A program made the position numbers and the translations under genes. Of a DNA stretch of 15,681 bases, positions 8,090 through 15,681 are shown piece after piece. Every line of letters begins with the position of its first letter. Positions within the stretch are counted from its first letter, which is position 1. The stretch spans positions 1 to 15,681 of the forward strand of contig CDMY01000845.1 of assembly GCA_001179505.1 (NCBI GenBank). Reading direction: 5' to 3'. This stretch comes from Vitrella brassicaformis CCMP3155. Lineage: Eukaryota; Protista; Chromerida. The notes beneath the pieces are model-generated. The model ran no database searches and was not told the DNA's origin. It was given only the letters and a program-made list of their open reading frames with translations.

Positions 8090-10595
8090 ATGAAGAAGAT
8101 CGGGATGGTGACGGCGCCCGACATGGGCTTTGTGGCCGCCAAAACCGGGTTTCGGCTCTTCATGGCGGCCGAGCGACCAAAGCACGCCGACAAGACCATC
8201 ACGGAGGCCACGCAGCTGGTGCGCCGACAGTGGGAACAAATGTCCGAGGATGAAGAACAAGGTAGGTAGGTATGCAGACACACCACACGCACGCACACGG
8301 ATGGATGGATGGATGATCTGCAATGACAACTTCTCTTTGGCAGCATGGGAGTCACGCGCCGCCCAGAACCATGCCGCTGCAGCCCCATCTCCGCAGGACG
8401 TCCCGCCGGCTGCCCATGTGGAGGAGACCGCCATGCCGCCAGCGGCTGAGGAGCCCCCGCGGCCCGCAGACGAGGAGGGAGGAGATCTCGAATATGGGGA
8501 TGATGGCCCTGAGGTGGATGACGAACTCATGGACGAACTCATGGGCGACCACGCCGCGGACGTCGATATGGATGTGGAAATGGAGGGGGGGGCGATAGGA
8601 GAGGATGACCATGGTGGCGAGGGTGTGGTTGAGGGGGACGGTGAGAGGGATGACCAGGTAGCAGCAGAAGGGGGCGGCGAGGAGGGGGGCATCGACGCAG
8701 ACGGGCCTGACGGTGTGGATGTGGGTGGTGGGGGTGGTGACGGCTCGGATGGCACCGACAACACAGCGGCCAAGCCTGCCCCCGGCCCCAAGCCGAAGCG
8801 CAACCAGTCGGCCTACATGCTGTTCCTCCAGGCCCAGCGTATCAAGCGGGCAGACCAGGAGAAGAGCAGAAAAGAACAACAGCAGCAGCAGGAGGAGGGG
8901 AATGGCACTGAGGGCAACGCTATTGTAGTCGAGGATGCCGCCGACGGGCAGCAGGGCAAGAAGAAAAAGGCAAATGTAAGTACTCACACGCGGGGAGGGA
9001 GAGGGAGAAGCCTTGATTAAGTGAGGGACCCATCTCTTTGTCCGTCTGTCTTGTCCGTGTGGCTGTCTGTGGACGCATTGCAGGCTACGGAGCAGACGAA
9101 GGAGTTCTCTGCCATATGGCGCAACCTCACGGCCGAGCAGAAGAAGGTCAGCCAGTCAGCCAATCCTAAATGCCATCCATCCATTTCTTCGTCCCATCCT
9201 GGTGTGTATCAGGTGTGGGAGAGGGCTGCTGCCGAGGACAAGGAGCGCTACACACGGGAGCTGCAGCAGTGGGTACGTCAGGCACACAAACATGCACACA
9301 CACGCAATTCACTTAGCCGTCTTTTCGTTGTCGTGTCTGCAGAAGGATGCGGGCGGCGTAGAGGACGACAAGACGTCTGGGTCAGTCGGGGGGCGGGCGG
9401 GCGGGCAGGCAGGCAGCCAGCCAAGCCGTGACACACAATTGCATCCCCCTGCACGACATTGTTCAGTGATGGTGCCGGATCGGTGTTCACCGCCCTGCCC
9501 CTCTCCCGCGTAGTCAAGTGCATCAAATTTGAAGACGACGTCAAACAGGTACCACTCATTGCAGACAGACAGACAGACAGACAGAGACGCGCAGAGAGAG
9601 GAGCTTGTGTGGATGGCCAACCCTTCACTCACGTGTGCATGCAGGTGACCAAGGCCGCCCAGAAGCTCATAGGTGGCGCCACGGTAAGTGAATAAATCGC
9701 AGAGCTCTCCTCTTCACTCGTGTGTCTATCTCACGGTACGTCTCACTGTGTCCCTGTAGGTGTTGTTTCTGCGTGCCCTGGCCGAGAGCGCCAGCCGCAA
9801 TCGGGGCACCAGACAGACCATCTTCCTCGCAGACGTCGGTGAGTGGAGTGAGTCGGCAAACCCTCACTCACCTCAGCACCTACCCACCCATCCGATCCAT
9901 CCATCCATCATGGTCTCTGTCTTTCTTTCTCTTTTTAGACACGGCGTCGTCGCGTTCGATGCGTTTTCATTTCCTGAAGGACAGCCTGGTGGAGTTGGCC
10001 AATGCACAGGCCACCAGCAAGGCCGCCAAGGCGGCAAAGGCCGGCGGCGGCGGCGAGGGGCGAGATGGGAGTGGGGGTGGCGGTGGGAATGGGGCCAAGC
10101 AGCGCGCTAAGGGCAAGGGCAAGGCGCCGCAGCTCAAGGGTGAGTGGGTGGGATAATACACAGCTTATGCACACGCGCCTTTCTTATGTCTCTTATTGTG
10201 CGTGGGTGCCTTCAGTGACGGATCTGGCGATCAACCCCTTCACGCTTGCGGCCAAGAACAAGAAGAAGCCTCCCCAAGAGCACCACCACCACCAGCCAGC
10301 CGACCAGGACAACCCCATTGACGCAGACGACGACCACCAGCAGCCGAGTCCCTCAAACGGGGAGACTGGTAATGCCGCTGCTGCTGGGGCTGGTGGTGCT
10401 GCTCATCGTGGCGGCCGGGCTGCGGGTGGTGCGTCCAGCAGCGGTGGGGCTGTCAGTGGAAAGAAGCGCAAGGCTGCCGGTGGTGGTGGTGTCAAAAAGG
10501 GAGGCAACAAGAAGGCCAAGGCCGACAGACAGGCGGCCAAGGAGGGGCTGCCCCAAGGCGTCCAGCCCATCACGGCCTTCTTCACCAGACACTGA
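8090..10595 (+). CDS. HMG-box (x2) plus histone-fold (CBFD_NFYB_HMF-like; NF-YC/CHRAC1/DPB3 type) fusion protein, ~581 aa. Exons 8090-8261, 8344-8975, 9084-9146, 9213-9272, 9343-9380, 9467-9548, 9645-9683, 9760-9838, 9939-10139, 10216-10595.
   Basis: Nine GT-AG introns give a 1746-nt frame ending at TGA 10593-10595. HMG1: KTGFRLFMAAERPKHADKTITEATQLVRRQWEQMSEDEEQAWESRA. HMG2: PKPKRNQSAYMLFLQAQR...ATEQTKEFSAIWRNLTAEQKKVWERAAAEDKERYTRELQQW. Histone fold: LPLSRVVKCIKFEDDVKQVTKAAQKLIGGATVLFLRALAESASRNRGTRQTIFLADVDTASSRSMRFHFLKDSL. The start may lie further upstream: an in-frame 30-nt exon at 7982-8011 (GFFPFKPLLW) splices to an acceptor at 8065. Confidence 0.88.
8138..8375 (+). other. HMG-box 1 (degenerate), split by intron 8262-8343
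   Basis: GFRLF (helix 1 aromatics), TITEATQLVRRQWEQMSEDEEQAW (helix 2, W-x-x-M-S, helix 3 start). The usual KERY end of helix 3 is absent. Confidence 0.7.
8787..9272 (+). other. HMG-box 2 with a long loop insertion, spread over three exons
   Basis: The canonical PKR-x-x-SAYMLF start, W-R-N-L-T-x-E-Q-K-K-x-W and DKERY-x-x-E motifs are all present after splicing. Confidence 0.9.
9495..9988 (+). other. Histone-fold domain of the H2A-like NF-YC/DRAP1/CHRAC1/POLE4 type, spread over four exons
   Basis: LPLSRVVKCIK matches the LP-x-x-R-I/V-K-x-I-x-K start. ATVLFLRALAE matches A-x-E-L-F-I-x-x-L-A. RQTIFLADV matches R-K-T-I-x-x-x-D-I/V, and RFHFLKDSL matches the F-x-F-L-x-D end. Recognised by eye. 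Confidence 0.82.
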
Positions 10596-10855
10596 CTGAC
10601 AGACGGACGGACCTACTAGTGCTAGAAGGAGGGTGGGAGGGTGGGGACGGCAGGGCCTTCTGAGGTCCATGTCTGTCTGTCGGGTTGTTCGATTTGCTTG
10701 TCGACTAGAGACTCCATGGACGGTGCGTGTAGTGGGCTTGGTCGGATGCCCTTCATGGCTTCGATGATTGCATCCACATCCAAGAGATTGAGTGGACCCA
10801 TGCGACCGAGCGAAGTGCACTCGAATTCTAGGTATGTTCCCTTCGACAAGACACC

Positions 10856-10880
10856 CAGACAGACAGACAGACAGACAGAC
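10856..10880 (+). repeat. (CAGA)6 microsatellite
   Basis: Read directly. Confidence 0.95.
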
Positions 10881-11167
10881 ACGCAAAAGTCCAAACCTCT
10901 CTACGATCCTCAGCTTTGGCAGCTCACACGGTGTCCGCCCTCCCGCCCTTGACGAGTGTCTACACACTAGCTTGCTGGCGAAAAATAAAGACAATGATGG
11001 CTGGTATGTACCTACCGACCTGCCTACCTACGAGCACTCATAATCATGCATCGGTCATGAACGCATGTCTGTCTGTCTGTCTCTGTGCGGCACCCTCAAC
11101 AAAAAGGCACTCAAAAATACACACACCACCCGGTGCGCACTTGTCCGCGCACACATGGACCAAACAG

Positions 11168-12747
11168 TCATGCATAGCCTACCGAGCCACACACACACAC
11201 AGGGCACACCAGTGGGCTTTGCTTTGATTGAGTAGTACACCGGTGTGTACTTCGTCGCGTCAGTCAAAGTGCGTACGTACCAGCTCTGTGTGCGAGTAGT
11301 TTGAGCTGCTCCAGCCACAGAAACATGAAGATCGAGTGGCCCCCACCACGGCCGAAGTACGGCCAGAAGCCCTTCCACAGGGACAGAGGGCCCTCCAACG
11401 AGCCGATGCGCCACATCGTCTGGGAGGGACCAACCAACATAGCACACGCAGACAGACACATGAGATGCTCTGGTGCATGCGTCTGGTGTGAGCTTGACTG
11501 ATGTTCGAGCCGGCACCTGGAAGATGTTTCTGTACTGAGGTATCTCGCCCGCCGGGGTCTTCTGGTTCTGCATCCTGGTCTTGGCGATGTCGAAGGGCAG
11601 CGACGCCGCGGAATAGGTGAAGCCGCTGATCAGAGAGGCCGAGAAATGGAGACCAACCTGACACACAGACATACACAAACACAGAGAGAGGAGAGAGAGA
11701 GAGAGAGAGAGAGAGGTTCTTTAATGCACACAGAAGCCTTCAAGCTTGACCGATTTACTGACCCCCTTGAGTGGCGTCATGGCCATGAGGACCTCCTTAG
11801 CCTGGTCATAGCTGCCGAACTGCACCATGTTGACGACCATTGCCCGTGCGACAGTCGGTGTGGACCCCCTCCAGCACGTTAGAATGCCCTCCTCTTTGGC
11901 TATCCTGTACAAGGCGTTGAAGACGTTAGTGTAGCCCCGCCGCTCGGCCACCGGCAACCGGCCGTCTGCCTGCATCCGCACCAACGATACCTCCACAGGA
12001 CAGCAGACGACAGACGCAATGGCGCCCGATGTGAGGCCGCAGCCGAGCTTGACGGCCACTGTCGGGTTGGCACCCGGCACCGTGTAGCGGTCCCTCAGGC
12101 TGACAAGACACGGTGAGCGGCACTTCCTGTGTGAGCCTGTGCGTCTGTCTGTCTTTGTGGCCCACGTACATTTGATAGAGTCCGCCTCTCAGTGTGGTGT
12201 AAGTTGCCTGCCGCGTGATGCCCGCACTCAAACCGCTGACACACAGACAGACAGACAAGAGCAATCGTCCAGACAGCAGCATTGTGTCGTCGGCGTGGTT
12301 CACGTGTGATTCGTTCACCTGTACAGTCCCCAAAGGCCCTCCGTCTTAAATATCTTGGCCACCGCATCCACACTGTTCTGCACAGAAACATACATGCAAC
12401 CGAGCATGGCGGCGGAGGAGAGGACCGTGCTGCGCTGACTGACCACCGAGCTGACACGCACAGCGATTCTGTCTGTCTGTCTGTCTGTCGGTCTCTGCAC
12501 GAGTACCTTGTAGAGCTTCGTCCCGCCGCCCTCAGCGTTGAGCTGCATCCGAATCTTCAACACTGAATCAATCAACACAACAAACCATTCACACACAGAG
12601 AGAGAGAATAACATTCTCGGAGTGTGTGTGCACCGCACCATCGAAGGGGTGAACTGGCAGCCAGCCAAGAATCCCGGCGCTGCCCGAGAGCAGCAGCGTC
12701 ATGCCTGGGGAGGGCTTGAATGTCGGAGGACTTGCAGATCCACTCAT
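11168..12747 (-). CDS. Mitochondrial carrier family (SLC25) protein, 2-oxoglutarate/malate-dicarboxylate carrier group, ~305 aa. Exons 12747-12639, 12562-12507, 12377-12319, 12235-12170, 12099-11763, 11657-11517, 11419-11281, 11178-11168.
   Basis: Three carrier signatures: PFDVLKIRMQL, PVEVSLVRMQADGRLP and PFDIAKTRMQNQ. OGC-type segments: GLSAGITRQATYTTLR, PTVARAMVVNMVQFGSYDQAKE, LWKGFWPYFGR..H....LEQL. All introns are GT-AG and phase-compatible. If the last donor (11280) is unused, the protein ends ...HRAGTYAL at TGA 11266-11264. The exact orthologue is uncertain, so no gene symbol is given. Confidence 0.95.
11691..11715 (+). repeat. (GA)12 microsatellite inside a carrier-gene intron (polypyrimidine tract on the minus strand)
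   Basis: Read directly, within intron 11762-11658. Confidence 0.9.
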
Positions 12748-13152
12748 GAGATGATGGATTGGATGGATGGATGGATCTCCACCCGCAGATCTTTCTCACC
12801 AGCTCACCACCCACTCAATAAACGAGCATCAACAGAAACAGAAAGTGTGCGACTCGTAGATCTGCCCCCGAATGCTCCCGATGCGCTGTCGAAGAGGGGT
12901 CAATCTTCACGGGGGGGAGGTTGGCATCTGCGAGCTCGCCCTCGAGGCTGCAGGCTTTGTAGTGCCGGGGTCTGCGTTTGCGGCAAAGTCATCGCGGGTC
13001 TTTTCGCGCTGCGCCTGTTCCGCGCTGCTGCCTTGGGATCCCTCCGCACACGATCCAAGAGGACACGATCTCCTGACGCGGCCTCCTGACATCCCGCTCC
13101 CTTTCCCCTCCTCCCCTTCACTCAGCCTTCCCTCGATAGATCTGGCGCAATT
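12748..13152. promoter_or_regulatory. 405-bp shared upstream region (putative bidirectional promoter) of the carrier gene and gene 5
   Basis: The start codons diverge at 12747 (-) and 13153 (+). Confidence 0.55.
12927..12939. promoter_or_regulatory. TCTGCGAGCTCGC with palindromic core GCGAGCTCGC, candidate transcription-factor site
   Basis: Exact match to 7459-7471, near the middle of the second divergent upstream region. Confidence 0.4.
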
Positions 13153-14459
13153 ATGGCACTTGAGGACCTCCACTTCAACCTCGCCACCACCATGGTCCCT
13201 GAGGAAGGCGCCCTCCCCACCATCCGCACCATGCCACCGACACGCAGCGGCGCTCTACCAACCTCGCGTAACCCGGCTGCTGCTGTTGTGCTGTCTCAGC
13301 ACTTGTCTCAGCTGGGTGATGCACAGCTTCAGCACATCTATCATCTGGCGCGTTGCCGCACCATCGAGCTGTGGATTGTGGTGGTTGGCGCCTTCACATG
13401 CTGCATTCCTGTTGCCTGCGTCGGTGGCGGGCTGTTCGTCGGTGCCACTCTGTCGGCCGTCGTTGCCTCCTGGGATGCTGTCCTGCTCAGCAAGAGCCAG
13501 GAGATGATGATCGAGTCCAGGAAGGTGCTGGGACATCGAGGCGTCACCAAACTGGACAGCTGGAGCACTGAGGGCGTGTGCAAGAAGGACGTCGACTGGG
13601 CTATTGTCAAAGGCGTCGGCAAGCTGATCCTCAAGATTACTCTTGCTGTCCTTCCGTGGGAAATGATGTTCGCGGCAGTTGGTCAGGCCATAGCAGAGGC
13701 GAGCATGGAGGCAGTCATGGAGCGGATGGATGTGATGATGGAGAAGCTGGTGGGTCAGGTGGGTCAGATGGTGCATCTGGATGCCATCTTGACCCAGTTG
13801 GAGGGCAGAATGCCCTGGATGCTGAAGGCAGCAGCATGGGTCGGGAAAGGGCTGGGCCTGGGAGACAAGATCAAGGAGATCCTCGAGCTTGTTGGCAAAG
13901 GTGAGAATGCCAACACGCGCAGACTAGTCAATTGGCCCCTCTGTTGCTCTGTTGCTTTACGACCTCTTTAATGCGTGCAGGCATGGCTCGTGCGGTCAAG
14001 AATGCTTTTGACGAGTCCCGAGAGGAGTGGCACATCATCTTGAAGGACTTCTTCAACGAAGCGGCGCAGAGTACAGAAGATCTGACGGAAGATATGAGGG
14101 ACGACCTGCGACAGAAGCTTCGCCAAGTCTTCGATGACAACCTGAAGAAGAGCCTCGACAAGGAAGTGGACTTCGGGGCTCTCGGTGAGGGAGCTGCCGA
14201 AGAGGCGGCAGAGCGCATCAGCGACTTTACCGATGACAGCATTGACGACTACGCAGACCAGGCATTCAACGCTGCTGCCGAGGGCGTGAAGTTCCGTCTC
14301 CAGGCGCAAGCCGTGGGACAAGCGACCGGCTACATCGTGCAGCTGGCCAACAAGCTGCGCAAATTGTCGAGCAAGCAGCTCGGCCGCGAGAAGTACTACA
14401 AGTGCTTTCAGGAGTATCTAGCTCAGAAGACGGCCAACGCACTCACTGCTAGCGCATAA
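13153..14459 (+). CDS. Hypothetical 408-aa protein with an N-terminal hydrophobic hairpin and a long helical C-terminus. Exons 13153-13900, 13981-14459.
   Basis: ORFs 13153-13971 and 13932-14459 are joined by a phase-1 GT-AG intron 13901-13980 (gtgaga...gcgtgcag), ending at TAA 14457-14459. Hydrophobic segment: LWIVVVGAFTCCIPVACVGGGLFVGATLSAVVASW. No family recognised. Confidence 0.82.
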
Positions 14460-15340
14460 GGTGAGAGGAGACGGCACAACAGCCTGGAGTCGAGACCGCA
14501 TCCGTGTGTTGTCTTCAATCAGCTTCATGGCGTCTGCCTGGTCATGCATATCCGTCTGTCTGTGCGTTTGTGGTGTCGGATAGGGTGAGTGCGCCGAGGG
14601 GGTCATGCGTGTATGTGGGATTGGTGGCATGCCGCCTTTTTCAATCGATCCCCACATGCATACATACATACATACGCACCAGTGTACAGTGTTTTACCGA
14701 CAACCTGCATAAATTGCATGATGACAGAGCGCACATGTGTGCGTGTCTGCATGCATCGCGTTTGTGTGTGCGGCTTTTTGTGGATGTGCCTGTACGTGTC
14801 GTGTGGTGCTACGTGGTTGCCGAGTCGTCCGGTGGATGCTGCGGTTGTGATGTCTGTTTTTCCGCTTTATTGTGTGTTGTGTGGTGGTTGGGGATCAGTT
14901 TTGACCGCTTTTTGCGCCTCCCTCCACGCACGCCCAAAGGGTGCTGTCTATCGACACACAATGCATGCAGGATGACTGAGGGATGTGTGTGCGTGCGTGT
15001 GGTGGTTTAGTAAAAGAGGATGTGTCCCACTCACTCGTTCTGTCTCCCCATATCCCCGTATGCCTGCGTCCCTTCCTTCCTCCCTGTGTGTGTTGCTGCG
15101 GTGTGGCTTTTCTCGCACGTACGTATGTCTGGGCGAAGCGTATCGAGAGCGGGGGAGAAGGGAGGGGACACAGAACGGCCGGCGGTGTGTTTGTGAGTGT
15201 ATGCGATTGCGTGCTCTGTGTCCATACGTACGTACGTGCCACCTATGTGTATATATATATGAGGCGGACTGCGGAGGACTGTCAAGTCCGCAGCAGGAAG
15301 TTTCGCCCGGCGACCGAGCAGCGTCGTCGTTGAGTCGTGT

Positions 15341-15389
15341 AACGTATCTGCACTGATTGATCGGAAACGTATCTGCGCTGATTGATCGG
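15341..15389 (+). repeat. Tandem duplication of a 24-bp unit AACGTATCTGC[A/G]CTGATTGATCGG, period 25
   Basis: Copies at 15341-15364 and 15366-15389 differ by one base. Confidence 0.9.
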
Positions 15390-15582
15390 TGCGAGGACAC
15401 AGACAGAGTCGTCTGGTGTCCGTCCTTTCTTTCGCGTGATGGCTGATCCCCTTGTCAGGTTTGCCAGTTTGGCAAGACGAACCACTGCGAGCTTGTGAGC
15501 TAGGGTAGAGTGCTGTGTAACGGAGAGAGAGAGGTGAAGACAAGGAAAGACAAGGAAAGCATTCTGAGGAGACACGATCTTA

Positions 15583-15681
15583 TCAGCCATCACCGAAGTG
15601 AGATCTGTGTTGACCACCCTTCATGATGTCATACATGGACAGAAACAACTTTAACTGACTGGCCAGTCCATCGGTCTTATT
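15583..15681 (-). CDS. Possible 3' end of a gene entering from the right edge (NKTDGLASQLKLFLSMYDIMKGGQHRSHFGDG*)
   Basis: 33 codons open from the window edge to TGA 15585-15583 with protein-like composition. Too short to be sure, and it contains a possible gtcagt donor. Confidence 0.2.
   Translation of the reverse strand, partial: NKTDGLASQLKLFLSMYDIMKGGQHRSHFGDG

Noticed and set aside
7820-8803. 327-aa minus-strand Ser/Pro-rich ORF, and similar long antisense ORFs (1389-2003, 2528-3424, 3694-4329, 13255-13776, 13968-14321)
   Set aside because: These are antisense shadows of GC-rich coding exons on the plus strand, with low-complexity translations and no independent splice or domain support.
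14718-14980. ATGATGA (C-box-like) with a downstream CTGA (D-box-like)
   Set aside because: The boxes are ~260 nt apart with no terminal stem or recognisable rRNA antisense element, so a C/D snoRNA is not supported.
14460-15340. Overlapping 110-170-aa Cys/Val-rich ORFs
   Set aside because: They derive from GT/CA-rich non-coding sequence and have no consistent exon structure.
1-15681. CRISPR arrays, prokaryotic operons, dinoflagellate spliced-leader or telomeric repeats
   Set aside because: None were seen. The window is spliceosomal-intron-rich eukaryotic DNA with no repeat-spacer array.

Overview
Intron-rich, GC-rich eukaryotic DNA, not prokaryotic. The short GT-AG introns are full of (GTCT)n, (CA)n and (GATG)n microsatellites, a style resembling the chromerid alveolate Vitrella brassicaformis (inference from sequence style only). 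I assembled five spliced genes by hand from frame-consistent GT-AG junctions. (1) The 3' part of a large low-complexity protein (+, <1-4123). (2) A small coiled-coil protein with a mitochondrial-presequence-like N-terminus (-, 7135-6566). (3) A ~581-aa chromatin protein fusing two HMG boxes, an acidic tract, an NF-YC/CHRAC1/DPB3-type histone fold and a C-terminal PIP-like motif (+, ~8090-10595). (4) A ~305-aa mitochondrial carrier of the oxoglutarate/dicarboxylate group (-, 12747-11168). (5) A 408-aa unknown membrane-anchored helical protein (+, 13153-14459). Genes 2/3 and 4/5 are head-to-head, and both shared upstream regions carry the same 13-mer TCTGCGAGCTCGC with a palindromic core. The best leads are the HMG/histone-fold/PIP fusion, the atypical carrier motifs and the shared palindrome. 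No RNA genes, mobile elements or CRISPR arrays could be supported.
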